DNA of 63,992 nt, counting the filler, from Basidioascus undulatus (Eukaryota), in the NCBI GenBank assembly GCA_000826855.1. It is 6 parts of 6 records of this genome, joined end to end, with 100 filler letters (N's around TTAATTAATTAA, not from the genome) between each part and the next. Parts side by side here need not be neighbours in the genome. Positions count along the whole stretch, not along the records: positions 32,607 to 43,390 come from JTLS01001088.1; positions 43,491 to 54,260 come from JTLS01001089.1; 4 more parts are not named here. One strand, written 5' to 3'. The translations under genes and the position numbers were made by a program. The notes under the pieces were generated by a model, which had not been told where the DNA came from, ran no database searches, and saw nothing but the letters and a program-made list of their open reading frames with translations. Numbering within the stretch: the stretch's first letter is position 1; the number at the start of each line of letters is the position of its first letter. Shown in pieces: positions 39,794-51,600 of the stretch.

Positions 39794-40448
39794 TTACCAT
39801 GCTCCAATCTTTAAAGTTCCGCAATTAATCAGGGGTCGGTTTCTCCTCCGAACAAGCCAGCGCACTACTCACGCTGGACCACCGCCTGCGTACACCACGC
39901 CGCGCGGCCCCCTCGCGACGCTCTGTCAGCCGGCACCCGCTGCAAGATGTCCAGCAAAAGAGGTCTTACGTAGATAGTGTCGTCCTCCACCAGCTCCAGG
40001 CCCCCGCCGTGTCCTCGTCTCGGACGCGCTCGCCGTCGTAGAGTAGCCTTTGCCCCGGCGCCAGGCCACAGAGTCAGTAACGGTACCCGCGCCACCATTT
40101 GTAGAGGTTGGCGCGCACCGGACGGTCCCCGGGGTCGAGTCCTAGACGCTTGGCATAGGTCTTCTTGAGTTTGCCATCTGCCCGTGGGAAATGGAGGGAG
40201 AACGGGCAGGGTATAGTTGGAAGGCTCACCTTGCTCGTCTGCTTCAGCTTGAACGCGACCTCGCCCCCATCCTGTGCCCCTCTTCTTAGGGAATGGGAAC
40301 ATGAGAAAGTGAAGGTGCTTGACAAACCTGGGCGACTGTCTGCGCCCCCATTGCAAGCACGGGTCAGTGACCACCTCGCGGCACCCCTCCCCTCAGAACG
40401 CAGTGAGCGCACCCGGATCGAGACGTGATGCTCGCTTTCGTCGGCCAT
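39794..40448 (-). CDS. Divergent SUMO-like protein B; end approximate
   Basis: Spliced reading MADESEHHVSIR|TVAQ|DGGEVAFKLKQTSK|MGKLKKTYAKRLGLDPGTVR|LLYDGERVRDEDTAGGLELVEDDTIY|AVVQ. Requires three 1-nt corrections in G/C runs (about 40175, 40130, 40000). Confidence 0.78.
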
Positions 40449-40652
40449 GGCTCAGTAGGAGTCAGTATATGGGGATAAGGAAGATGTTTTGAGGGAGGTG
40501 AAGTGCCGCTGGAAGACGATGATGAGGGCAAGAGGCTGAGGAGGGCTCAGCAGCGACAGAGCGGATGTCCGCAGGGGATCGCCGCGTTCGCTCGCTTCCG
40601 TGCGCAGGTAACACGCGTCGGGAACGCGACGAACGAGCATTGAACAGTACCC

Positions 40653-40659
40653 TTTTATA
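40653..40659 (-). promoter_or_regulatory. Probable TATA box of SUMO-like gene B
   Basis: GTATAAAAGG on the minus strand, about 205 bp upstream of the ATG at 40448 and followed by a CT-rich leader. Confidence 0.45.
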
Positions 40660-41540
40660 CCTCCGTTTTTCTCCAAGATTAGTCCGCCAAGGACAAAGGG
40701 TGTCGCACGGAACGGCATTTGGAGCGCTCACTTCCTGGGGTCATCTTCCTCTCATAGGCTGTCTACCCTCTACGAAATAATTCATACGGAGTAGATGCTT
40801 CGAGGTGTATGAGAAAAATGGAAGCAGCACTTCCTTCAGCAGGTGCGTGAATCGACCGGTCTCCCCTCATGGCTCCGCCCCGCCCTGAGCGGCGGTATTT
40901 TCCTTCGGATCGCCCTGGAGACTAGGAACAATTTTTGAACTTCCTTCTGAAAAGAGCCCTTTATATTGTTTGAAACATTCTGGCCGGCAAGGGAGTCTCA
41001 CAGGCTGCCCATCGACATCCGCAGTTCTGCAGATTGCCATGTAACACCGGTGAGGAACGCCCGTACAGTTGATCTACTCATGGGAGGACGACGTTCATCG
41101 GCCTCGGTCTGTCTTGAGCGCGGTCATCATGGAAAGTTTTTAGTTCTTTTTTTTGATAATTTTCGGATTCTTTCATGATCTGAGTCATGATTGTACGTGT
41201 CTGCTAATGCCACGAGAAACTGAGGTGTTATTGGCCACCGTGACCTTTTGTGCAAACCCCTTCCTTCAAAGTTCATAATCCGAGACTGAAGGTCTCTTTC
41301 AGGCCGCAGAGAAAAATAAAAGGCTTTGTCGCTCATAGCAAATCCACTTCGTACAGTCTGCCCTATAGCAGTACCGCAAGGACTTGAAGGAATCTGGCTG
41401 TCAATAACCCCGGGCCGGCGACACGCCAGTACATTTGCTTCCGAACGACGTCGCGTCTTGCTCTGGTCCTCTCGCCGTCTCCTTCTCGCTCTCGGTCTCC
41501 GCCTTCCCGTTCTTGTACCTCTTGCCTCGCATCGCCAGAC

Positions 41541-42843
41541 ATGTCTCAGGAAGAGTCCGCGTCAACCTCCAAGATCAACTTGGAGGTGCACTACGACGAG
41601 GCGGGGCGGACCGAGTCGCTTTCGTTCTCCGTCAAGCCGACCACCAAGGTACGCGTCCAGGCTCGTCCCCTTCTTGCGATGTATGCTGAGCTCGGACCCT
41701 GGACGTGCAGTTCTCGAAGGTGATTATAATTGATGGTAGATTATGCTTTCTGAGCGCTTATGTGTGGGTCTGGATAGATCTTTGCCGCGTTTTGTGCGCA
41801 GACGGGCAAGTCGCTCAGTGCGTGCACTCTCCTCCGGCCCCCTCCCGTGCGAGCGCTCTGCTCCGGCTGAGCGACGCATGCCACTGCAGACATGCTCAAA
41901 TTCACGTACGACGGCAAGCGAGTGAACGGTGAGGATACGCCCAAAATGCTCGAGATGGTGGGCCGACGCTTCGCCCTCCTCCCCTCCGCGGCGACGATGG
42001 AGCTCATGGGTCGCTCGTCGTGGGTTTCAAAGGAGGACGGCGACTCGCTCGATGCGCACATGGAGCAGGTGCGCTTCTCCCCCACTTCTAGTGCACCGGG
42101 CGTAGCGGACCGTCTGTTGATCGGTTGGAAGAGCGCTTCAGATTGGTGGTGCTGCGGGGGAGGACGAGGACGCGCCTGCGGCGAAGGCGGAGGGAAAAAA
42201 TTCGTGTGCCCATCACCCTGTTCCCCCTTCTCCAACATATTCCCTTACCCTTCTTGACATGCAGACTGAATATTGAGTACCAAGAAGGGGGTCAAATGAA
42301 AGGCACGTCGCTCCCACCTCTCCAACCCCACCACCAGCTCACGCCGGTTCTTTATAGACCTCACTTTTCAGGTCAAGCCGGCAACGAGGTCCGCCATCCT
42401 GCTCACCTCCTTTCCAGCGCCGTACCATCTCACCTTGCTCTTCCCAACGCAGTCGAAAAGGTCTTCAACGCATTCGCAAAAACAGTCGGAATGAACGCCG
42501 GTTCGTCCCGCGTCCCGCGTCCTATTCCCTATCCCCACCCGCTCCTCCGAATCTCACTTCCCCCTTCGACCCGCAGGCATGATCCGCTTCCTCTTTGACG
42601 GCAAGCGAGTACAGAAGCAAGATACGCCTAAGATGGTTTGTCCTCCGCTGCCTGACACTTTCTCAAGGACGCGGATGCGCTGACATGATATATATCCTGG
42701 CGCAGTACGAGATGGAGGACCGTTGGATATTGTCGAGGGTGAGTGTGCTCAACGTTGTGTTTCCTTCAGAGTCCTGCTTACGCGAGGATGGGAGCAGCGC
42801 ACGTGGAGCAGGTCGGCGCTGCGCAGCGGCAGTGACATGGTGA
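41541..42843 (+). CDS. Tandem di-SUMO-like protein (two SUMO-like domains separated by QIGG and an acidic linker)
   Basis: Domain 1: KINLEVHYDEAGRTESLSFSVKPTTK|FSK|IFAAFCAQTGKSL|DMLKFTYDGKRVNGEDTPKMLEM|EDGDSLDAHMEQ|IGG. Linker: AAGEDEDAPAAKAEG. Domain 2: LNIEYQEGGQMK|DLTFQVKPAT..EKVFNAFAKTVGMNA|GMIRFLFDGKRVQKQDTPKM|YEMED..DIVE|AHVEQVG(A/G). Confidence 0.85.
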
Positions 42844-43212
42844 CTGGTCGGAGGTGGATGTGCGTGGGTTCTCACTTCAGCTACACATTCTGGAACTTTT
42901 GGTTGAGTGGGACGGTCAATGCCTCGCTCAGGCGTGGTGGTTTTTGGGGCACGGGTGGCGGGTGACGGACGTGGGTCGGGAGCGAGCAGTGGACGGCGGG
43001 GGGTTTTCGAATTCGAGGACAGGATTCGCTTTTAACTTCATCATTTCGGGGGCTCCGCTGTGTCTCTTTACACTGGTCATGCCAACATGATCGCCTTTCG
43101 TGCGCAGCTCTCGGGATGACCCGCTAGTTTGCGAGCGAGCGGCGCTACTATCGCTCGTCCTTCTGACCATTTTTTTATCCGCAACTGCTATAACGACCCT
43201 CTGAAACGACTT

Positions 43213-43390
43213 ATGAAGCATTCTATCTCTATTCTCGCTGCAGTTGCAGCGCTCCCCGCGGCGCTCGCAGCACCCCTGACCAATTCGAAGCGCCAGCTGG
43301 GGAGCGTTACCGGGGCGTGAACATCGGTGGATGGCTCCTGATGGAGTAAGTCTTACGTGTAGTCGCTTGAGAACTGAATGCAGCGTGCTT
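43213..43390 (+). CDS. 5' end of a probable secreted protein (truncated by the contig end; frame broken at 43318)
   Basis: Signal peptide MKHSISILAAVAALPAALA, then AP and a Kex2-like KR site (NSKRQLG). Donor GTAAGT near 43346. Confidence 0.5.
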
Positions 43391-43490
43391 NNNNNNNNNN
43401 NNNNNNNNNNNNNNNNNNNNNNNNNNNNNNNNNNTTAATTAATTAANNNNNNNNNNNNNNNNNNNNNNNNNNNNNNNNNNNNNNNNNNNN
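43391..43490. other. Artificial contig linker
   Basis: N44-TTAATTAATTAA-N44. Confidence 0.98.
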
Positions 43491-45099
43491 AATCCAAAGC
43501 CTCCTCCCTCTCTATTCCTCCGCTGCCTTCCTCTCCCCCCCGTCCTCCCTCCCTCCACAACTTGCTCAGCATGATTCCCGTCCCGCCACCCTCCGGCCTT
43601 CCCTCCCAAATCATCATCCCCGCCGCCGTCGCTGCCTACTCGCCAACTCATTAACCTGCACCCCACCATCCCGCCCGCTCCTTATCCGCGTCCACTTTCG
43701 CATGTACCGCATAGTTCAACTGTATTAACAGCTTTTCAACACTGTTGTGCCCTGGAGGGGAGGCTGTGCGGCGTCGGGTAGGCGAGAGCGAGGGGAGAGA
43801 CGATGCATGGGAAGGGCCCGGGTGGAGGGAAGAAGGGAGGGCGAAGATGAATCGCTCACTCTACAGGCCATCCGGACCTTCGCGCTCGGACGCTCTCAGA
43901 TATCCTTACGGACTCGCAGCCGTCTTCGATTTCAAGCGCCCGTCTACTCGTTCCCGCATCTCGATCGCTGGTCCTCCCTCGACCTGGCTTCTTCCAAAGC
44001 CCTACCATGTGAACATCCCGCTCGGCGTAAAGGGGGCCACCCTGAGGCGAATTTGTGTTTAATCCCATGCGGGAGATTCTTCTCTTGAGGTTGACCCAAA
44101 TGATATCTCCCGACGTCGTCTACGGGCGCTGCTCGGCCTATCGGCTCCCTCAATTGCCGTCCGCGCAATCCCGTCCCTTTTTTCTCATTCCCTATGTTCA
44201 GCCACGAGCGTCTTCGGCCTCCTCGACCCAGTTTCACCTCGCACTTGCCACACCTGCGCTCGACGTGCCCAGCATCTCACCGCAGCAGCAGCCAGGTTCT
44301 CCCGCCCCACAGCCATAACCGGCATGCGCCCTCTTTCCTCTCCGCTCTTATTCATCGCGCGCCTGTGTTGATAGTTCGAGAAGCACGTGCGGCGGATAGA
44401 CACATGTGAGTAAACAGTGATGGACGCTAAATAGGGCAAAGCTGCAAGATCCGCTGCGGAGTGGAATCGTCTGTTCTTCCTTAGGAAGGGACACCCTTTT
44501 TCATGAGCTTTGACCGTGCACTTCTCATGACTTTGACGATGCACTGCCTCCGCACAGTGGAATCGACAACCTTTCATAGGTCTCAAGGGCGGATTGAAAA
44601 CTTTAAATTGATCTTAAAGGACTAGCCAGGACGTTCGTGGGAGTACAGATAAGGGGGGAGGTAGGGACAACTTTGTAGGAGCAGGTGTTGACGAGGTTTC
44701 TCGCGCAAATGGCAGAGCTGGAGTGGCAGAGCTGGAGTCCACCTCGCAGCCAGGCCTTCGCCCAGCTTTCTCCAGGACCGACGCAAGTCCATGTACCCTG
44801 CGGCGGTATAGAGATAGAGAAAAGGGCCCCTTTCGCACCGGTAAGTAGAGCAGTAGGTTGGGAAGCGTTGCTCGTTTATCTCTGTGGCGTCGGGCCGTTG
44901 CACCACGGCAGTAATGAGGACCGCTTCGATGCCTTCGCAGACCGAGACGCACAAGCGGACACATGCATCACATAAAGAGAAATGCACAAGAAAAATCTCG
45001 TAAACAGCGGCGATTGACACGTCACGCTCTTCCCAGCCCTACGGGGAACCGCCGACAACCGAAGAGTACGCCTGCGCATCGATCCAGCGGGGAATATAC

Positions 45100-47733
45100 C
45101 GAAAGCAAAGTCTCTCATAGCGCTACCAGTCTCCCGTAGTCTGGCTTCGAGCGGCTGGCCGTCCATGTGCTCCATTTCCAGCAGGCCAAACGCGCCGTCC
45201 TGGACCGAAGCGAGAGCCGCATCAGGAGCGGACGAGAGGCTCTCGGTCTTGAAAACATCGAAGAAAATCTTTGATCGGATTAGGGAGACGCTGGGGCATG
45301 GACGGAGGACGTCAATACACTGGAGAATGTCACGAGTAGAAGAGCGCTCCTTAGCACAGCGTTCACGAGCTTCTGCACCGAGACGAAGCGCGGCTTTCGA
45401 TCTCCCGTCGAGATCTCGATTCACACGGACAAGCTCGAAAAGGCGCACAGGAGGAGATAGGCGGCCGTGAAGAGGCCGTACAAAAGCAGGAGCGCGAGGA
45501 AAGTAATGAGCGGCGCGAGAGCGTATGCGAAGACGACCTGCGTGCTGTTGCGTCCCGCGGTCGAGGGCGGCTTGCGCTTTGGTCATGTGTGCAGCGTATG
45601 CAAGAGCAAGGCGAATGATGTTCTGCTCCAGGGCAGCCATGACCTCGTCGGAGCTGTTGCTGCTCAGGGCGAAAGACCTTTTGAGGTCAGGCAGTCTGTG
45701 AGAAAATGATATGCAACGAAACAACGGGCCAAGATGAGCGCACTCGACTGCGAGTTGGATTCTGTCGTCGGCGAACGAGCGCTCTGCCATACAAGACGTG
45801 AGTCACGGTAGGCCGCAGCTAAACGAGTATTTGCAACCCTACACACGTAGGGGGTAGCGTAAAGCGACAGTCTCATTCAGCAGAGGCGGCTTCCGCCAAA
45901 GCACGGATACCTGCGTGCCGTTCCGCTGCAGCTCTCCCCGCACGACGGACATGCTGCAACGAGCGAAAGCAAAGAGGGCGCTATCGAACCAGGTGACGGC
46001 CTTGTTCGGAACCTCGTCTACAGCCACTTCGGGCCGGGGGAAGGCATACCGCAGCGTCGTCCATGCGACAAAGTCGGGTGAGTCGACAATATTTGTTGAA
46101 CCAGGGCGGTCGGACGGCCCGTTGCGCGCTATGCAACGGGGTGCTTGGTCAACGAGCTGTAGAAGGGAACTAAGGTCAAAACTTCATATCGATTGTCTAC
46201 CAAGACAGAGACTGGACGTACAGTGAGCACGCAGTCAGAACCAGGCTTGTACGATATTTCCACAGCTCCACGCGGTCCTTGTCGGTCCAGACCGGAACAG
46301 ACCGGGCAGTCAGTTGTAATCGGATAGATCGCAGGCGATAGACGAGTCAGACAAGTTGTGTGTGCAATGCGGAATCAAGTTCTCGCAAGATGCGCTGAGG
46401 CCAAGCGAGGAAGCCGTCGCATGCATGTCGTCTGTGAGCGTCGGCGGAGCAATCACCCAAGGGCTGAAGTCGCGTCGGCTAGGATGATTTGATACTCTAG
46501 GGAAGCGTTGGATGCAACCCGAGACGCTATGATGGGAAGGGAAGCCCTTACCGAAGTCCCGATGAGATAATTGTCGGTGCAGCCTGACGTGTTGTAGCCA
46601 GAAAGCGGACCGGTGAAGTCCGTCTCTCCAAATGAACAGACTGAGGGATCGATGTTGAATGCGAGCTTTGGAAGCGCGTCGGTGTCGAAAGGGACGCTCG
46701 AGTTGAACGTGGTCGCGAAGGACAGCGAGTGTAGCAGGAAGTCAGCGAGCCCGATGAGGTGGGACGCGACGTAGAGCAAAGTCAGTATCGATAACTGTTG
46801 AGTGGACAGCCAGTCAGCCTTGGAAGCCTGACAAGATCGTTTGAAACAAGGGCGCACGGCTTTCGCGACCATGAACGTTGCGGTTTTCCTGCGGCACCAG
46901 AGGAAGTAGAATCCTTCGCAGATGGCGGGGGCGTTGGCGGAACCGATCAGGCGGAGGAGCAGTCTGAAGAGAGGACCTTCCATAAGCAGAGAAATGCCGA
47001 GGGACTCTGTTTCTCGGCACGCACTGGATTGGAGTCAACGGCCGAGCAGTCGACCTAAACAGGCAGTCGGTTCGGCTCGGAGAAAGGGCCAGATCTCTCA
47101 GAGTACGTACGTTTGCGGGAGCGGGCTTGAATTATCAGCGGCGGCAGGCTTGCCGTTCGTCGCGGCGGGAGCAGGCGCAGCGCCTTGGCTAGGGAAGACA
47201 GGATAACAATCAGTGGAAGCTTCCCAGTCGACCAGAAGAGGCCCAATAACGTACCCTTCGCAGCGCCCTGCATGTGCCCACGCCTCATCCGAGAGCCAGT
47301 GCCGACAGTCAGACTGCCATGCGAATGTGCTCCTGGTTTCACTCCCCGTCGAGCGTCCCACATCGACGTCATGCACCACGAGCTTCTCAGAAAGGGTAAG
47401 TCGTCCAGCTCACCTTTGTCAAGCAGTTGCTGCGCGCTTGAAGCTCAGCCCAGTCGAGACGGGCTCGAGGTGCAGAGGCGAGCTCTTAGGACCGCCTCGA
47501 TTGTAGGCCGGAGATAAGTGAGAATGATTAGGCGGAGGGGTTGAGCGAGGTAATGGCTGTGAACGATGTGCGATATGGAGTGGCTTGCGCTAAGTCATTC
47601 CCGGGAGCAGGCGAAGTACTCTGAGGCGGGGGCTCGAAATCTCCCAAAGCGGGTCGTGAACTCGGCGGGAAGAGGAACGAAGATGATTCCGCAGAGGACG
47701 CCCAAAAGCAATTTGAAGGAACAGCAAGGCGAC
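45100..47733 (-). pseudogene. Basidiomycete membrane protein of unknown function, with frame breaks; boundaries approximate
   Basis: Consecutive minus-strand coding blocks: LSILTLLYVASHLIGLADFLLH (TM), FARCSMSVVRG, VMAALEQNIIRLALAYAA, then frameshifted VVFAYALAPLITFLALLLLYGLF (TM). Confidence 0.5.
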
Positions 47734-47853
47734 ATGAGGGCTGGATGCCAGCGTTTCAGCGTCAGCTTCGAGCCCGCCTGCAAGCCCAGCACACCTGCTC
47801 GTCGACGGGGTATCATGCTGCCTGCATCCCGATCCCATCCATCGCATCTCACA

Positions 47854-48381
47854 TCATTCGTAAACTACCCAGCCGACCACGCCCCAATCAGTCTCCTCTG
47901 GGTCCTCCTCCCTCTTCCTCGCGCCTCAATTGGGACTAACCATGTACGAGCCCATACCCCAGCGTCCAAGCCAGCACGAACGCATAGAAGCTATCGGCCG
48001 GGGGCAAGAAAGCTTCCTTCGACCCGTCCTGGAAGTACCTCCCTGGTTGCCCACCCGCCAAGACGAGCGCGAGGAGCGTCCCTGGGAGAAGCACCGAGAC
48101 GAGGAGGAAGAAGAGGAAGCCCCAGAGGTTCGTCAGGCCAAGGACACCAGCCGCAAGCTGTTCAGAGCCACCCGCGCGTCAGTTCGGCATCATAGCATAT
48201 GGGACTGTGATCGGTGACGACGCACGCCCGAGATCATGGAGATTGTTGAGCGGATGAAGTACGCTTGCCGCGCGTTATGCTGGGCGTGCTCGATGTAGAT
48301 GGGTTCTTTGAGCGGCAGCCCGTCAGGCCCGAGCAGGCCTGCGGAAGGGTCTTGTCCAGCTTGAGCGGCGGCGAGGTCCAT
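47854..48381 (-). CDS. EMC6: ER membrane protein complex subunit 6
   Basis: HNARQAYFIRSTISMISG|LAAGVLGLTNLWGFLFF..GRYF..FYAFVLAWTLGYGLVH|VYE*, matching EMC6/Rab5ip motifs. One homopolymer frame slip near 48000. Confidence 0.85.
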
Positions 48382-48662
48382 GGCGGATGAGATGGAGCAG
48401 AAGGGTCGTAGTGCGTGGAGAAAGTGACGGTGAGAGTGAGAGTGCAAGCGACACGGCGGCTTGCGGCGGCAGGGCCGTGGGAATCGCAGTGGACCTCCAG
48501 GCGCACAGGCAAGACACAAGCAAAGCAACGCGATATATCTGGCAGTATCAATTCGTCCCATTCCAGATTGTCCCGATACAAGCGTTCTACGATAAACTTA
48601 GAGCACCATCCCTATCCAAATCAGCCCGCAGCGAAACCCCACGCTTCCCTCGCATCCCCCTT

Positions 48663-51600
48663 TCACCACCTCCTCCCACCAGGGTACCCCTCGTTCCCGC
48701 CCTGCTGCTGCGCGCCGGGGTACCCGCCACCGCCCGGGTTGATGAAGCCCGGCCCGCCAGTGGGGCCGGGCGGCGGGGCGTAGTAGCCTCCTTGGTGCTG
48801 CGGCGGGGGAGGACCGCCGTACAGCGCTACAATAGCAGACTTTTCAGTACCCGGCACCGGTATCGAACCGCAATAAGGTGAAGAACGTACGCTGGTTGTA
48901 GTATCCGCCCTGAGGAGGCGGCGGACCAGGCGGAGGCGGTGCGCCGTACGTCCCATAGTTCTGGACGCCGGACCAGTCGCCTCCGGGCTGAAGGAGCAGG
49001 CAAAGTCAGCGATGTGGCATCGCAGAGCTACAGGCGAGAGCATGGGATGCGCGGCGTACCTGAGGTTGGTACTGCGCCGCATACTGGCCCGGAGGCGGCG
49101 GCGGCTGAGCGTTGTACGCTTCATAGCTGTTCGTCCGAGTATGGTTATTAGCCAAACCGCCGAGCTTGGTGGGCTGAGCGAGAACGACGACGCACCCTCC
49201 TTGCGGCTGGTAGCGCCCCGGTTTCGGGAACCCAGGCGTCGCCGTCGCGCCACCGCTGTACTTGAGGCTTTCGCGCTCCTCCTTCTCGCGCCGCTTGCGC
49301 TCCTTCTTCTCCTGCTTGCGGCGCCGCTTGTCGTAATCTCCGTCGTCGTCGGACGAGTCGTCCGAGTCCGAGTCGCGGCGCCCGCCGTGCTTCTTCTGGC
49401 CGTGGCCGTGCCCATGCTCGTGTCCGTACGCACCAGGCACAGCGGGCGAGGGGAAGCCCGGCATGGCGGGAGCGGGCAAACCGCCGTGCGAGCCGCCGTA
49501 GGGCGCCGCGACTGGCGGGCTGGGCGCGGGGAACGCGGCCGGCTGACCGCTATACCGCTCCTGCCCCGCAAACCCGCCGTGCGGAGGCTGCTGTAGCGTC
49601 GGGTGGGTCGGCTCAGCCTCGCGCCTGTAACCCCCGCCGCCGCCACCACCGCCGGGTCCGCCGAGGCCGAGCGACGACATCCCCCCCTGGATCTTCTCGA
49701 GCCCGCTCTGGACGCCGCCGAGCCCTGGCACCTTGCTGATCGTGCCCGCCCCGATCATGCTCTGCAGGCCGCCCGTGGACCACTTCGAGTCTGCGCCCTG
49801 CTGGCCTTCGATCGACGGGTCGTTCACGACGTGCTGCTGGCCGTGCACCTTGTTCGCCAAGCACCGGCACGACTCCTTGTCGAGCTTGCCGATGACCGTA
49901 TTGATGTTGTGGCCCTGGGCTAGCAAGCGATGCGGCATGTCGATCAGCGTCAAACACAGTAAGACGAGAGGACAGAATTTCTTCTCGCTTACCTTGGACC
50001 CACTACCGAGCCAAAGCGTCCCTCATAAATAGTCAACGACCAGAGCCCCTCTATGCCCTCGAAAAATTCCCCTCGCACCTTCTGCATGAACTGCATCATC
50101 TCGTTCTCTGTTGCATGCAAACCATCGTCAGCACTTCTCGCCCACCAAACACACAAGTGTTACAACGCACGGATCTGCGAGTGGCCGCTCGCAAAGTACG
50201 GGTGGTGAATGCACTCGAGGATGGAGTCGATCGCATGGTGCGGGTTCGAGGAGTCGCCCCATGCGTCGACGATGATCTTTACCGAGTGGATGAGGATGAT
50301 GCGGGCTGGTCGACGGGCGAAGGGAGGCACGTCAGAAGGGACATTACAGCGTGATGGAAAAGTGGAATGAGCGTACCGACGTTGCTGTTCAAACGAGAAA
50401 GCCTTAGACTGTCAGTGCGAACGCTCAGGCGGAACGTAACGGCGGGGTGCGTACCCGGCGGGGTTGTTCAAGCTGTGAATTGGCAAGATGCTCAGCGGTA
50501 TTCTTTATGAAAATACGGGAGAACGCCTCACACCAAGTCAAAGTGCTGCGTTTTCACTCGTCGTAGTCAGCCATATGCACGGACTCAGTCTCGCTCGCAC
50601 GGCTACTCACGTCCTTCGAAAGCCTGCATCCCCTACCAAAATTAGCTAAGCCGTCAAAACGCGTGAGCAAATGGACTACTCAAATGCTGTGAGTCGGGTC
50701 ACTAGCCTATTCAACGCGCAATCTGAGTCAGCCCCGCATCTTGCACAATCGGGCGGCGATGCGCCTACGCACGTTCGGGTTGTTGAACACCTCAAGCTGG
50801 TCTTGGCGGTCCTGAGCGAGATCAATGGTGCATCAGCGTCTATTCAAAAGACGCAAATGAGATAAGAGCATCGATACGTACGAGAACTTCCTGCGAGCCC
50901 ATGCCGACGGATTGCTGCGCGCCCTTGATGATGGGCTGATGGCGCAAGGCTGTCAGCAACGCTTCTCCACGAAATGAAGAGGATGTAATAGTACCTTGAG
51001 GAAGGGCTGTCCGCCATGGGCCCCAAAAATCAGCTTCAGCTCTTTAACGCACCCCACCGCAGCGCACGTACGTCCAGCGTGGTGAAGACGAACACTACCA
51101 CCCGCAGCCCTGTCAGCTCTCCATATTCTTCCGCCTCCGTCCCGACATCCCTCCAAAACAACGCACCAGCGATCGAGTTCGAGATCTTATCCACGAGCGC
51201 GCTCAGCCCGGGAATCCGATCAATGGTATTCTCGATAGTCTTCATCACGCGATCGCGGAACGCGAGGACTTTCCAGAGCGTCGCGTGGAGTTCCTGCGGG
51301 CTCATCGTCTCGGGGTTGCGCGCGCCCGGCGCGCCGGCGCGCATCGCGTTGATGTCGTCCATGTCGCGGCTGAGCGAGTTCCCCCCGCCGGAGGAGCCGC
51401 CGGACATGCCCTCGAGCTGGAAGAGCAGATCGCGCAGGATGTCGGCCGGCGAGCTGGACGAGCCGCCCAGGCCGCGGGAGCCCGTCTGCGTGGACGCAGC
51501 GCGAGAGGAGTCCAGCTGCTTCGTCAGGTCTGTGACGGACGCGGAGGACAGGTGGTCCGTCGCTTCGCCCCTGTGGAGTACCACGCCGACTCAGCAAACC

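Noticed and set aside
32924..42843. Functional link between phospholipase D and the SUMO-like cluster
   Set aside because: Adjacency only; no shared pathway evidence in the sequence.
44876..45790. 304-aa ORF as a transposase
   Set aside because: No DDE or CxC motif; it is better explained as a frameshifted part of the upstream membrane-protein gene.
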